Sequence record: OP279344.1
Length of the DNA: 64,000 nucleotides
Source: Escherichia phage P1
Strand: one strand, 5' to 3'
Positions 1 to 10,280 of this stretch are shown in pieces. The position numbers and the translations under genes were made by a program. The notes under the pieces were generated by a model that had not been told where the DNA came from, searched no databases, and saw only the letters and a program-made list of their open reading frames with translations. Within the stretch, counting starts at the first letter, position 1. The number at the start of each line of letters is the position of its first letter.

Positions 1-899
1 GCGAGAGTGCCCACCAGTCATCCCCGCAGGGGCAATGGTATCGCGCCCACCAGTGCGATTGAGCCGATCAATCTCCCCCTGCAAACGCTCATTCTCTTCA
101 TAAAGGGAATCCGCTTCCGATGCAACAGCGTTAATTTTCTGCTCCAGATCTGCCTTCTGCCCTTCTACCGCTGCCACCTGATCCGCGAGGTCGCTCATGG
201 CATCCTCTTTCTGGTCACTGTCAGCCTGTAGTTGGGTTATTTCATCAACAAGGGCTTTTTTCTTCTTCTGCGCACGCTGGAATTTTGCCGAGTTTTTCTC
301 TGCAAGGTTGGCAAGTTTCATGGTGACCTGCGCCAGCGTCATATCACGTCCACTCATCGGAGCAACTGTGTGAGTAACGTCTTTTTTATTCAGTAAGAAC
401 TGGAAAGCAACCAGCGTATCGCTATTGGTGATCCGGTTTTCCGCTGTCGGGCTATGAAACAGAATGCTGATAGTCTGACCATCACTGAGCGGAATAATGG
501 CTGGCAAGACCGGCAGCCCGTTAACGTTACGTGCCCGGCCAATTTCAGCGCCGCCGATCGCGCGCGCGCCGCTCTGGGCCACATCCCCCGTTTTATCACT
601 CCCCGCAGAGATTCCGGTACCATTCAGCTTCTGGTTCAATGCCCGGACAAATGCCTGCATGGTCCGGTGTAACTGCAAACGAGTAGAACTAATCGCCTCC
701 AGTAAATCCGTAGCACACCAGTGGATCGGCGTGTCATAGAAGAACGTAGCCTCGATTTCCTCCAGGGTGTTGGATTCCGTCATCAGATAGCGGTCCTCAC
801 CGGCCATTAATGCGCGATATTCATCATCAGTCACTGGCGGGGGAAGCACGTCAAGCCCAGGCTTGATCGTCATCCCTTTATTGATATTGAACTGTTCCA
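1..899 (-). CDS. DarA-like head-internal (antirestriction operon) protein, 5' part only; gene continues past the window start
   Basis: Open minus-strand frame from ATG at ~899 to the window edge (MEQFNINKGMTIKPG...); shares a KNSAKFQ-containing segment with the adjacent 203-aa ORF; sits left of the lysis genes and cin as the darA operon does in P1. Confidence 0.5.
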
Positions 900-901
900 T
901 G

Positions 902-1513
902 TTAATTTCCTGCTTTCAGTTGCTTAAGACGACGTTTGAGTTCGCCATTCCGTGCCTTTTCGTTATTGAGTCGGCCCGTCTCCTTATCCAGCTTCGCCCG
1001 CAAATCAGTGATCTGCTGTTGATTGAAAGACACCGAATTCTGCGCGGACTTATAAGCGGCAACCACCTGAGCATTCCGCTGTTTTGCTTCTTGCAGGCGC
1101 TGAAAGTTGGATTTAACTGCCGGTTTCTTGTCTACCGGATTGGCAACACGTTTCGCTTTGGCGATCAGTGATTTCTGGAATTTTGCGGAGTTTTTGCGGG
1201 CCGCTTGCCCCATGACGGTACCAAGCGTCTTGATATCCGGCGACTGAGCGTTAGGAATAGCTTTTCCATTCAGCTTCACAGACGATATATCGCCAGTATC
1301 GTTTACCTGTATGGCAAGAATTTGTCCGTCGCTAAGAACCAGCTTTGCGGTTTTAACTTTAACGCCATCTTTCGTTGTTGCGCGGTTGCTGGAGTCAACC
1401 TCAATTACCGTAACACCGGTTTTATTGATCGCCGTGATAAGGGATTTCAGCCCCTTTTCATTAACCTGGTCAAAATCGACCGTTGCATACTTATTTTTCG
1501 TCATCTGACACAT
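902..1513 (-). CDS. Hdf-like protein (paralogue of a DarA fragment), 203 aa
   Basis: ORF track; lysine-rich C-terminus; local similarity to the partial upstream DarA-like ORF. Confidence 0.45.
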   Translation of the reverse strand: MCQMTKNKYATVDFDQVNEKGLKSLITAINKTGVTVIEVDSSNRATTKDGVKVKTAKLVLSDGQILAIQVNDTGDISSVKLNGKAIPNAQSPDIKTLGTVMGQAARKNSAKFQKSLIAKAKRVANPVDKKPAVKSNFQRLQEAKQRNAQVVAAYKSAQNSVSFNQQQITDLRAKLDKETGRLNNEKARNGELKRRLKQLKAGN

Positions 1514-1934
1514 CCTGTGCGAGATTTATTACGTAACTGCTGCGGATTTGCTGAGTAACAGGGAAAATCCGATACAACGGGTTAATGAACGAGTCGCCAT
1601 GCGTAACCATGACGTTGAAATGCCACAGTCGCTCTCCTTTACCCATATATTCAGTGGGTATGTACAACCATTCACTGTTTTCGCCCTGTTCAGCCGACGC
1701 CAGACAACGTTGTTCGCCTTCAATCACTGTCGTCGGCTTCTGAACATCGCGGATCCAATATCTGACCGTTGCGCCGCGCAAAAACGGGAATTTAGACCGG
1801 TACTTGAACGGCACCCGGATGAAACCCGGTTTAATTTCCACATCACCAAGTTCTAAATGCGTGATGTCCTTGCGTTTTAGCAAATAGCGATCGGCTAAGG
1901 CTAACGCAAGAACGCATACACCCCAGCCAATCAT
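1491..1934 (-). CDS. LydB-like lysis-associated protein, 147 aa, N-terminal hydrophobic segment
   Basis: ORF track; start overlaps the holin-like gene stop; positional. Confidence 0.4.
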   Translation of the reverse strand: MIGWGVCVLALALADRYLLKRKDITHLELGDVEIKPGFIRVPFKYRSKFPFLRGATVRYWIRDVQKPTTVIEGEQRCLASAEQGENSEWLYIPTEYMGKGERLWHFNVMVTHGDSFINPLYRIFPVTQQIRSSYVINLAQDVSDDEK

Positions 1935-2260
1935 TTCCCGCCTCCCTTTTTCACCAAACTTGTAAGAACATTCAGAATGCTATCGATATTCACTCGTTTC
2001 ATCCCTGAAATCACCTCATGACCGTTATTGCTGGCTATCGTTACCATTAAGTACGTAATTGATAACTCCCAGCCCTCGTGTTGCCCCAATAGGTACGCCA
2101 CCGCGCCAGCTGTCACTGCAACAAAGATCTCCGTAACCAATCCCAACAAATTGCCAGACTGGCGACCGTCTCGGACATCCATCAGGAACGTGCCTATCCC
2201 ACCAATTACTGAAAGCAGGAGCGCAATAGCAACTGGAGCTAATTCCTGTGTGTCAAGCAC
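1931..2260 (-). CDS. Holin-like membrane protein (LydA-like), 109 aa
   Basis: Hydrophobic helices (VAIALLLSVIGGIGTFL; IFVAVTAGAVAYLL) and a charged C-terminus. Confidence 0.5.
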   Translation of the reverse strand: MLDTQELAPVAIALLLSVIGGIGTFLMDVRDGRQSGNLLGLVTEIFVAVTAGAVAYLLGQHEGWELSITYLMVTIASNNGHEVISGMKRVNIDSILNVLTSLVKKGGGK

Positions 2261-2327
2261 AAGTTCCCTCCTACGTTGTCAGGAGGTAATGGTATGCAAA
2301 GTAACTTCTCAACCGGTCATTTGTTGC

Positions 2328-2609
2328 TTAAGAGGCATTTCTATTGAGGTACGAATCAATAATCCTTTGTAACTTTTCAAGAATGAGCCTGTTATTGATG
2401 CTGCAAATAATAGTCACGCAATTCTGAAGACTTTCATCCATACCCTTATATTCCGCGAAATACATGCCTATAAAGCCTGCAAGTACGGCAGCAATACACT
2501 CGGCCATCAATTGCCTGCATGACGCTTCGTAACGTTTTTCACAAACCCCATTCAGAAACGAATGCACCCCGCCAAGGATGGAGAGGAGCATTATTGTGAA
2601 ATCACACAT
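2328..2609 (-). CDS. Small membrane protein, 93 aa
   Basis: ORF track; hydrophobic segments; AT-rich region upstream of cin. Confidence 0.3.
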   Translation of the reverse strand: MCDFTIMLLSILGGVHSFLNGVCEKRYEASCRQLMAECIAAVLAGFIGMYFAEYKGMDESLQNCVTIICSINNRLILEKLQRIIDSYLNRNAS

Positions 2610-2736
2610 AACTATTTCCTTAATAGTGAATTAAATATCATTGGGAAACGGTATGTACTTTGTGATTTCCACACATACTGGTTTTTGTTAATTAAAATCC
2701 GCAGCTTGCTATAAATAACGATAGTGAGCAGAAAAT

Positions 2737-3297
2737 ATGCTAATAGGCTATGTACGCGTATCAACAAATGAACAAAACACTGCTTTACAACGAAACGCTC
2801 TTGAAAGCGCAGGATGTGAGCTAATTTTTGAGGACAAGGCGAGCGGCAAAAAGGCTGAGCGCCCTGGGTTAAAAAAGGTACTCCGTATGCTTTCCAGAGG
2901 TGATACCCTGGTCGTATGGAAGTTAGACCGTCTTGGGCGCAGCATGCGTCACTTAGTTGTGCTGGTGGAAGAGCTGCGTGACAGAGGCATTAACTTCCGG
3001 AGTCTCACTGACTCCATCGACACCAGTACACCAATGGGGCGCTTTTTCTTTCACGTAATGGGGGCGCTGGCAGAAATGGAACGTGAGCTTATCGTTGAAC
3101 GTACACGCGCTGGACTTGATGCAGCTCGCGCAGAAGGTCGTATAGGTGGGCGTCGGCCTAAATACCAAGAAGAAACATGGCAGCAAATGCGGCGATTGCT
3201 GGAGAAGGGCATCCCCCGTAAGCAGGTTGCAATCATCTATGATGTGGCTGTTTCCACGCTTTATAAGAAGTTTCCGGCGTCATCATTTCAATCCTAA
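2737..3297 (+). CDS. cin: Cin site-specific DNA invertase (serine recombinase, Hin/Gin/Cin family), 186 aa
   Basis: N-terminal catalytic motif YVRVSTNEQ, resolvase core, C-terminal HTH; abuts the invertible segment. Confidence 0.95.
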   Translation: MLIGYVRVSTNEQNTALQRNALESAGCELIFEDKASGKKAERPGLKKVLRMLSRGDTLVVWKLDRLGRSMRHLVVLVEELRDRGINFRSLTDSIDTSTPMGRFFFHVMGALAEMERELIVERTRAGLDAARAEGRIGGRRPKYQEETWQQMRRLLEKGIPRKQVAIIYDVAVSTLYKKFPASSFQS

Positions 3298-3314
3298 ACC
3301 TTGGTTTAAGAGAA
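3289..3314. other. cixL-like crossover site (26 bp, imperfect dyad around AAACC-TT-GGTTT)
   Basis: caatcctaaacc tt ggtttaagagaa at the outer edge of the left inverted repeat, overlapping the cin stop; mirror of the site at 7543-7568. Confidence 0.6.
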
Positions 3315-3912
3315 CTCGGTACCAGCGGTGAAAAGATCCCCCTGTTGAGCACGGCTAACACATGGAGTGCACGCCAGACTTTCAACGGCGGGATCACCGG
3401 GGCGCTGACAGGGAACGCCGATACCGCAACGAAATTGAAAACAGCCAGAAACATTAATGGCGTCAGGTTCGATGGTTCTGGTGACATTAATATCAATACT
3501 CTGGTATCGCGCGGTCGCGTAACGGCCCTGGAGGCGAATGCACAGGGAACATCCGGGATTCAGCTGTATGAGGCATACAACAATGGCTACCCTTCCCCCT
3601 ATGGCAATGTGCTTCACCTTAAAGGTGCCACCGCTGCTGGCGAAGGTGAGTTATTCATTGGCTGGAGTGGCACGAGCGGTGCCCATGCGCCCGTACATAT
3701 CCGTTCGCGGCGGGATACTGATTCTGCCAACTGGTCTGAATGGGCGCAGGTCTATACGTCAAAAGATTCAATTCCCGGCGTCAATGCCAAAGGGGATCAG
3801 GATACCTCTGGTAATGCGGCTACAGCGACCAAGTTGCAGACAGCATGTACTATCAACGGTGTCTCGTTTGATGGTTCTAAAAATATTGAGCTAACGGCTG
3901 AAAATTTAAATC
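3303..3912. repeat. Left inverted repeat of the invertible C-segment (about 610 bp)
   Basis: Near-identical reverse complement of 6945-7554; the 504-aa and 1016-aa ORFs share the encoded [14 protein letters not shown]...SKNIELTAE block. Confidence 0.85.
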
Positions 3913-4859
3913 TTGAGCGAACAGTAGAATTAGCCGCTGGGTCATTGCAGAAAAATCAGAACGGCGCGGATATTCCTGGAAAAGATACCTTCACAAAAAA
4001 TATTGGTGCATGTCGCGCTTTTCACAGTTCTATTAGTACAGGTGCAGGGAACTGGACAACGGCACAATTGATTGAATGGCTGGATTCTCAAGGGGCATTC
4101 AATCACCCATACTGGATGTGCAAATGTTCATGGTCGTACGGCAATAATAAAATTATAACCGATACTGGCTGTGGAACTATTCATCTTGCAGGTTGCGTTA
4201 TTGAGGTTATGGGTAATAAAGGTGCCATGACCATCCGTGTAACAACACCAAGCACTTCCAGCGGTGGCGGAATCACTAACGCTCAATTCACTTATATTAA
4301 TCATGGTGATGCTTACGCTCCTGGCTGGCGACGAGACTACAACACGAAAAACCTGCAACCTGCATTTGCTTTAGGGCAGACAGGAAACAGGGTTGCAAAT
4401 GATAAAGCTGTTGGCTGGAACTGGAATAGCGGTGTTTATGATGCAGACCTAAAAGGCGCATCAACATTAATTCTTCATTTCAATATGAACGCGGGTAGCT
4501 GCCCGGCTGTACAATTACGCGTGAATTATAAGAACGGCGGTATTTATTATCGTTCAGCGCGTGATGGTTATGGATTTGAGGCTGACTGGTCAGAGTTTTA
4601 CACCACAACCCGCAAACCCTCTGCGGGGGATGTTGGTGCATATACGCAGGCAGAATGTAACTCAAGGTTTATTACAGGTATTCGCCTGGGCGGTCTGTCA
4701 TCTGTCCAGACATGGAATGGCCCCGGCTGGTCTGACAGGTCAGGTTATGTCGTTACGGGTTCAGTTAACGGGAACCGTGATGAATTAATTGATACAACAC
4801 AGGCAAGGCCAATTCAGTATTGCATTAATGGGACGTGGTATAACGCGGGGAGTATTTAA
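3345..4859 (+). CDS. Sv' alternative tail-fibre variable segment, promoterless in this orientation
   Basis: Frame is open from the cix site and has no start of its own; the N-terminal 190 aa duplicate the middle of S, then diverge into a different C-terminus. Confidence 0.75.
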   Translation: MSTANTWSARQTFNGGITGALTGNADTATKLKTARNINGVRFDGSGDININTLVSRGRVTALEANAQGTSGIQLYEAYNNGYPSPYGNVLHLKGATAAGEGELFIGWSGTSGAHAPVHIRSRRDTDSANWSEWAQVYTSKDSIPGVNAKGDQDTSGNAATATKLQTACTINGVSFDGSKNIELTAENLNLERTVELAAGSLQKNQNGADIPGKDTFTKNIGACRAFHSSISTGAGNWTTAQLIEWLDSQGAFNHPYWMCKCSWSYGNNKIITDTGCGTIHLAGCVIEVMGNKGAMTIRVTTPSTSSGGGITNAQFTYINHGDAYAPGWRRDYNTKNLQPAFALGQTGNRVANDKAVGWNWNSGVYDADLKGASTLILHFNMNAGSCPAVQLRVNYKNGGIYYRSARDGYGFEADWSEFYTTTRKPSAGDVGAYTQAECNSRFITGIRLGGLSSVQTWNGPGWSDRSGYVVTGSVNGNRDELIDTTQARPIQYCINGTWYNAGSI

Positions 4860-4861
4860 TT

Positions 4862-5395
4862 ATGATGCACTTAAGAAATATTACAGCTGGCAACCCTAAA
4901 ACAAAAGAGCAATACCAGCTAACGAAACAATTTAACATCAAATGGCTTTATACAGAGGATGGAAAAAACTGGTATGAGGAACAAAAGAATTTCCAGTATG
5001 ATACGTTGAAAATGGCCTATGACCACAACGGCGTTATTATTTGTATTGAAAAGGATGTTTCAGCAATTAATCCAGAAGGCGCAAGCGTCGTTGAATTACC
5101 TGATATTACAGCAAATCGCCGGGCTGATATTTCGGGTAAATGGATGTTCAAAGATGGCGTAGTGGTAAAGCGAACTTATACCGAGGAAGAGCAGAGGCAA
5201 CAAGCGGAAAATGAAAAGCAAAGTCTGCTACAGCTCGTCAGGGATAAAACCCAGCTATGGGACTCACAGCTACGGCTGGGTATCATTTCCGCCGAGAATA
5301 AGCAGAAATTAACCGAGTGGATGCTCTTTGCGCAGAAAGTCGAATCCACAGACACCTCCAGCCTACCAGTAACATTTCCCGAACAACCTGAATGA
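4862..5395 (+). CDS. U' alternative tail-fibre assembly chaperone, 177 aa
   Basis: Paralogue of the 175-aa minus-strand ORF (shared MMHL(K/R)NI...DITANRRAD...GKWMFKDG); follows Sv' directly. Confidence 0.75.
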   Translation: MMHLRNITAGNPKTKEQYQLTKQFNIKWLYTEDGKNWYEEQKNFQYDTLKMAYDHNGVIICIEKDVSAINPEGASVVELPDITANRRADISGKWMFKDGVVVKRTYTEEEQRQQAENEKQSLLQLVRDKTQLWDSQLRLGIISAENKQKLTEWMLFAQKVESTDTSSLPVTFPEQPE

Positions 5396-5423
5396 GACAA
5401 GGCCCGATAGCGGGCCTTAATTT

Positions 5424-5951
5424 TTATTCAGGCTTTTGTGGCCATTCAGGATTTGCCGTATCCACACGGCTGACCAGAACACTGTAGCGTTCCCATGCTT
5501 CCAGTCGTGTGCGTTCCTCGTCTGTTGCCATATTCAGCCTGACAGCGCGTTCCAGCGGCTGGATGACTGATTCAGCTTCGGAAAGCAATGCGGCCTTTTG
5601 TGATTCGGCTTGTTGTTGCTGTTCGTCTGCCGTATAAATCCGTTTAACTACAGCTCCATCCTTAAACATCCACTTTCCTGAGTCATCAGCGCGGCGGTTG
5701 GCTGTTATGTCGGGAACCTCAACGACGCTAAAACCTTCAGGGTTAAGCGTGGAGGCATCTTTGGTGATGGCGACAATAATATTATTTTCATCGTAAACAA
5801 TCTTTATGGTGTCTGGCTGAAAGTTTTTCACTTCCTCATACCAGTTTTTTTCGTCCTCAGAATAAAGCCAGATGACTCCGTGCTTCTTTGTTAACTCATA
5901 CTGCTCCAGTGTTTTAGCATTACCCGCTTGTATGTTCTTTAAGTGCATCAT
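5424..5951 (-). CDS. U: U tail-fibre assembly chaperone, 175 aa (expressed orientation)
   Basis: Follows S with a 1-nt gap; Tfa-like N-terminus. Confidence 0.8.
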   Translation of the reverse strand: MMHLKNIQAGNAKTLEQYELTKKHGVIWLYSEDEKNWYEEVKNFQPDTIKIVYDENNIIVAITKDASTLNPEGFSVVEVPDITANRRADDSGKWMFKDGAVVKRIYTADEQQQQAESQKAALLSEAESVIQPLERAVRLNMATDEERTRLEAWERYSVLVSRVDTANPEWPQKPE

Positions 5952-5952
5952 A

Positions 5953-8916
5953 TTAAACGCTCGCTACATTATACCAGGTGCCATTGATGTATTTTTGTAT
6001 CGGCCTGAAGATAGCTTCATCATCGCCATCAACTTCACCAATAATCCTTAATCCGGTAATTGCGTGTCCGGCTATTTCATAACGCCCTCCACGCGCCATC
6101 AATTGAACAACACGTGCGCCAAGTCGGACATCTCTCACATAGCGTGAGTCAAAATTGCCATAATTTCCGGGAATAATTTGCGCACCGCAAAGCCAGTTAC
6201 CGTTATTGTCCATGTACGCCTGACCATCGGTGCCATCGGCTGTCCTTGAGTTATTAATCATGTAGATGCCAAATTGCTTGTTCCCCAGTCCACCTATCAT
6301 GAACTTTCGGTCGGCGTGATTCTGGCGAAGTAACGCCTGAGCGCTATCAGTGTTAACTATATTTTTCCCAAAGATAGCGTTGTTATCGCGCATCTGAATC
6401 CACATACCATTACTGCTGTTAATAGCAAAACGGTCTGAAAGTGTCTCCCCTGAAACATTAAGGCCACGCCCCATCGAAACAGCGCCAGTAGCGTTATTAA
6501 TCCATAATGGCCTTAATCCGTTATAAGTCCCCATGTTGTCACCGGAGTTTGTCAACATGAAGTATGTATTTGAACCATCATTACGAATAAAGAATCCGTA
6601 ATTACCATAAGCAATACGTAGGCCGTTTGCTGATTTTGATATGACTTCGCCATTTACAATGGCATTGACAAGAACATACAAAGCATCCCATTTAAGATTC
6701 ATCAGGTCTTTTGTTGTGGTACTTTGTTTGCTTCTCCATTTGAAATATTCATTGCCGTTGTCGCCTGTTTCAAACCACATGTATGAATCAGTATCGCTGT
6801 CGGCATCATTTTTAAAACCAATCTTCGCCCAGCCAGTATTCCGAATCCAGGCAAGGATTGAGTCGTTTTCAAAAGTAAGTCCACCGGACAAGGTATCGCC
6901 TGTCTTTTGAACCGCGTTATCAGCCTTGTTTACCGTTTCCTGTAGATTTAAATCTTCCGCCGTTAGCTCAATATTTTTAGAACCGTCAAACGAGACGCCG
7001 TTGATAGTACATGCTGTCTGCAACTTGGTCGCTGTAGCCGCATTACCAGAGGTATCCTGATCCCCTTTGGCATTGACGCCGGGAATTGAATCTTTTGACG
7101 TATAGACCTGCGCCCATTCAGACCAGTTGGCAGAATCAGTATCCCGCCGCGAACGGATATGTACGGGCGCATGGGCACCGCTCGTGCCACTCCAGCCAAT
7201 GAATAACTCACCTTCGCCAGCAGCGGTGGCACCTTTAAGGTGAAGCACATTGCCATAGGGGGAAGGGTAGCCATTGTTGTATGCCTCATACAGCTGAATC
7301 CCGGATGTTCCCTGTGCATTCGCCTCCAGGGCCGTTACGCGACCGCGCGATACCAGAGTATTGATATTAATGTCACCAGAACCATCGAACCTGACGCCAT
7401 TAATGTTTCTGGCTGTTTTCAATTTCGTTGCGGTATCGGCGTTCCCTGTCAGCGCCCCGGTGATCCCGCCGTTGAAAGTCTGGCGTGCACTCCATGTGTT
7501 AGCCGTGCTCAACAGGGGGATCTTTTCACCGCTGGTACCGAGTTCTCTTAAACCAAGGTATTGGATAACAGCAAGAATGCTTGTTTTGGCCAGAATATCG
7601 CGACCAACTGACGTTAAGTCAGTCTGAGAAACAGTGTCTGTACCGGTAAAGTACGGCAATTTATTTGCGCCTGTCGCAAGACCAGCAAGCGCGGTTAAAG
7701 TTGCATCAAGTGGCTGTTTCCCTGCCAGCGCATTTGTCATTGTTGTCGCAAAGTTCGGGTCATTGCCCAGTGCTGCTGCAAGCTCATACAGGGTATCAAG
7801 AGCTTCAGGTGATGAGCCGACCAATGCAGAGATAGCAGCCCGTACGTAAGCAGTCGTAGCGATCTGCGTATTGTTTGTGCCCTGTGCAGCCGTAGGCGCA
7901 GTAGGGACACCCGTTAATGCAGGGCTTGCCAAAGGCGCTTTGAGAGCCAAGGCATTGTTGATAGTTGTGCTGTAATTCGGGTCGTTATTGATCGCAGCCG
8001 CTATTTCTTTCAGCGTATCCAGTGTGCCAGGCGCACCGTTGATAAGTGCAGTTATAGCTGCCTTAACAAAGGCTGTATTTGCGATCTGCGTGCTGTTTGT
8101 ACCTTGCGCTGCCGTCGGCGCGGTTGGCGTTCCTGTCAGACTCGGGCTTTCTATTGGCGCTTTGGTATCAGCCAGATCTTTTATAGACTTAACAGCTTTA
8201 GGGGTAGCCGCCATTGTTTCGCTGTCGCTGTTAGTTGCGCTACTGAGCTGAACTAATCCCTTTTGCGTTGTGCTTGCATCCTGTGCCGTATACTTGCTTT
8301 TCGCCAGATCGTAGGCTTTTTTAACTGCCAGCGAACTTGCAGCAACATCACTTCTGGTACTGGTTACAGAGTCTGAAATATCAATGCCGATCGAGCGGTT
8401 GATACGCTCGGATGTATCAATCATCTCCTGGGTAATGGCAGATACACTAGCAGGGATATTCACCGTACAAACAAGCAGCTCCCCATCTCCTAACTGATAT
8501 GAATCGGTATAGGTTCTGGCAACAAATTCAGCCGCATGAATATGTGACGCGGTATTCACCTGGTAGGTATCTTCTCCAAGGAGGTATCTTCCCTTCAGCA
8601 CAATTGCATATTTCTTGCCTGCACTAAGTGCAAGAGAAATATCCTTACGTTGCTGAATAGTTACCTGGTAAAATTCACCAATATCCACCGACGCCGCGCC
8701 TGCGGTTTTATCACCATCCACTGAGGTAATTAACAGGTTCATCCCACCGCCAGGCTTAGGTAAGAAACCGGCATAAAATCCCGGGTCAACAATCCCCCTG
8801 AATTTTCGGTTTAGCGCGGCTGACAGATATGGTTCGTGGTATTGCACATCGGCCACCAGAGCCAACGACTCGGATGATGGGTAAGTAACCGATGTAACAA
8901 CTGTAACGTCATTCAT
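5953..8916 (-). CDS. S: S tail fibre (constant part + shared repeat block + Sv), about 988 aa
   Basis: Frame continuous across cixR; internal tandem repeats [21 protein letters not shown]; preferred start is ATG 8916 with AAGGA upstream, 11 nt after the R stop (ORF track extends to GTG 9003). Confidence 0.85.
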   Translation of the reverse strand: MNDVTVVTSVTYPSSESLALVADVQYHEPYLSAALNRKFRGIVDPGFYAGFLPKPGGGMNLLITSVDGDKTAGAASVDIGEFYQVTIQQRKDISLALSAGKKYAIVLKGRYLLGEDTYQVNTASHIHAAEFVARTYTDSYQLGDGELLVCTVNIPASVSAITQEMIDTSERINRSIGIDISDSVTSTRSDVAASSLAVKKAYDLAKSKYTAQDASTTQKGLVQLSSATNSDSETMAATPKAVKSIKDLADTKAPIESPSLTGTPTAPTAAQGTNSTQIANTAFVKAAITALINGAPGTLDTLKEIAAAINNDPNYSTTINNALALKAPLASPALTGVPTAPTAAQGTNNTQIATTAYVRAAISALVGSSPEALDTLYELAAALGNDPNFATTMTNALAGKQPLDATLTALAGLATGANKLPYFTGTDTVSQTDLTSVGRDILAKTSILAVIQYLGLRELGTSGEKIPLLSTANTWSARQTFNGGITGALTGNADTATKLKTARNINGVRFDGSGDININTLVSRGRVTALEANAQGTSGIQLYEAYNNGYPSPYGNVLHLKGATAAGEGELFIGWSGTSGAHAPVHIRSRRDTDSANWSEWAQVYTSKDSIPGVNAKGDQDTSGNAATATKLQTACTINGVSFDGSKNIELTAEDLNLQETVNKADNAVQKTGDTLSGGLTFENDSILAWIRNTGWAKIGFKNDADSDTDSYMWFETGDNGNEYFKWRSKQSTTTKDLMNLKWDALYVLVNAIVNGEVISKSANGLRIAYGNYGFFIRNDGSNTYFMLTNSGDNMGTYNGLRPLWINNATGAVSMGRGLNVSGETLSDRFAINSSNGMWIQMRDNNAIFGKNIVNTDSAQALLRQNHADRKFMIGGLGNKQFGIYMINNSRTADGTDGQAYMDNNGNWLCGAQIIPGNYGNFDSRYVRDVRLGARVVQLMARGGRYEIAGHAITGLRIIGEVDGDDEAIFRPIQKYINGTWYNVASV
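6945..7554. repeat. Right inverted repeat of the C-segment
   Basis: Reverse complement of 3303-3912. Confidence 0.85.
7543..7568. other. cixR-like crossover site
   Basis: ttctcttaaacc aa ggtattggataa; hix/gix-like dyad inside the S reading frame. Confidence 0.6.
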
Positions 8917-8927
8917 CAAGCATATCC

Positions 8928-9362
8928 TTATGCTGTAGTCGTGTTTATGGCCATAACTGCGGTATATGTTTTGCCCACATACAGCGAGTCTTCCTGGACA
9001 CAAATAATGGCGATTGGCTTGTTCTCGTTATCCAGAACAACCAGAGTGTTGAATGGGTAGTTTTTCCCTTCCTGCAACTGGCTTTGATCAAGGTCCATTC
9101 GGACAGTAATTATCCCGCCTGAGTAGGTTGAGACGAGGTTGATGGTGCAAAATTGACTGGTCAGTTCTGCCAGTTCGAAAGCCTTTGGCAGTTCTCCAAT
9201 CTCATAAGTGCCATCTCCTTTCTTAGTAACCAGCGAACTGGTACCGAAAACGGCCTTGCTGATTAAAAATCGAGAGCCTTTGTTAATGGACGATTCAGCG
9301 CGCCGCTGATAGTAATAGTCCAACAACTGACTCTTATAGAGGTTTGTTGAGACGTCAGACAT
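8928..9362 (-). CDS. R: R protein (tail-fibre operon), 144 aa
   Basis: Directly upstream of S on the same strand; positional. Confidence 0.5.
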   Translation of the reverse strand: MSDVSTNLYKSQLLDYYYQRRAESSINKGSRFLISKAVFGTSSLVTKKGDGTYEIGELPKAFELAELTSQFCTINLVSTYSGGIITVRMDLDQSQLQEGKNYPFNTLVVLDNENKPIAIICVQEDSLYVGKTYTAVMAINTTTA

Positions 9363-9440
9363 GATTTTCCCTAATCAATGTTGTGAAGCCTCATTGTAAG
9401 ATAAGTAACTTGTCACCCCGCCCTGCGGACGGGGTGATTA

Positions 9441-10280
9441 TCAGGCATCACTATCCAGCAGCAAATCATCTGCGCGGGTGCGATCAAACGTAGGCGTTGC
9501 TTTCACAATAGTGCCGCCCGGCGTTGCAGTGATCGGAGCGCTAATCGACGTAACTCCAGTAAGCGAAGTTGTATCCGAAGTTTCAAACCAGCAGTACGCT
9601 TTTTCGGTATCAGAAATCTCGTTCAAAGTGATCATGTCGGCGTGTTCATTTACAACAACCGACAAATAGAGCGTAAGCCCATCAAACACTATATGCAGTG
9701 GCAGTAGAGGCTTTACGAACTGATTAAACTTTCTGAGAATTTCTTCTGTAATTGCGGACTGATCTATCGTGCCAGTAATACCCATTGTCCTGGCCAGGTC
9801 GTTTATGGGAATACTGATCATCCCTCTGGAAGTCAGAAACATCTCGCCGAATGTGCCGCCGGTAGTCTCCAGTGTGCTTTCTGGTATTAGAACCGTGCCA
9901 TAGGGATGACGCTCAAGGTCCACCGGTGCATATATCGGATCCCATAAAACAGAAATACCGTTAAATTCGCGGTAAATTGTCTGGTTTATAGGGCGTTCAG
10001 TCCCCTTAAAGTGAATCTCATCAAGACGCTGTTGTAACAACATCGGAACGGAAGATGAGTTCGACGTTCTGATAGTAAAGAACTGGCCAAGTTCATTTGT
10101 CCTGGTCTCCAGATCCTCCTTGCTCATGGAAAAAATAGACTTCCGGTTGGTAATTCGCTCCAACCATGGGTCAACAAAGGTATCCATCATTGACTGAACC
10201 AAATCAGCCAATGATTTATAGAGCAATGACTTTTGCTTAGCTGATGTAAGCCGGTGATTAAACCAGGAACGCTGCATCAC
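9441..10280 (-). CDS. Tail/baseplate structural protein, 279 aa
   Basis: ORF track; stop overlaps the next gene start (operon); positional in the tail module. Confidence 0.4.
   Translation of the reverse strand: MMQRSWFNHRLTSAKQKSLLYKSLADLVQSMMDTFVDPWLERITNRKSIFSMSKEDLETRTNELGQFFTIRTSNSSSVPMLLQQRLDEIHFKGTERPINQTIYREFNGISVLWDPIYAPVDLERHPYGTVLIPESTLETTGGTFGEMFLTSRGMISIPINDLARTMGITGTIDQSAITEEILRKFNQFVKPLLPLHIVFDGLTLYLSVVVNEHADMITLNEISDTEKAYCWFETSDTTSLTGVTSISAPITATPGGTIVKATPTFDRTRADDLLLDSDA

Noticed and set aside
7-739. Plus- and minus-strand ORFs of 72-80 aa in the ORF track (7-231, 390-623, 454-672, 497-739)
   Set aside because: They lie antisense to or out of frame with the long DarA-like minus-strand frame that runs to the window edge; no RBS
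2737-3297. Cin considered as a transposase or integrase marking an insertion element
   Set aside because: It is a small serine invertase adjacent to its own invertible segment with cix sites; no terminal inverted repeats or target duplications
3306-3617. Minus-strand ORFs 3306-3617 and 3233-3496, with mirror-image copies at 6963-7319, 7240-7551 and 7361-7627
   Set aside because: They are reflections of the tail-fibre coding frames inside the inverted repeats, appearing twice only because of the repeat
8917-9003. 5' extension of S to GTG 9003, overlapping R
   Set aside because: An internal ATG at 8916 has an RBS and starts 11 nt after the R stop; the extension overlaps R in another frame
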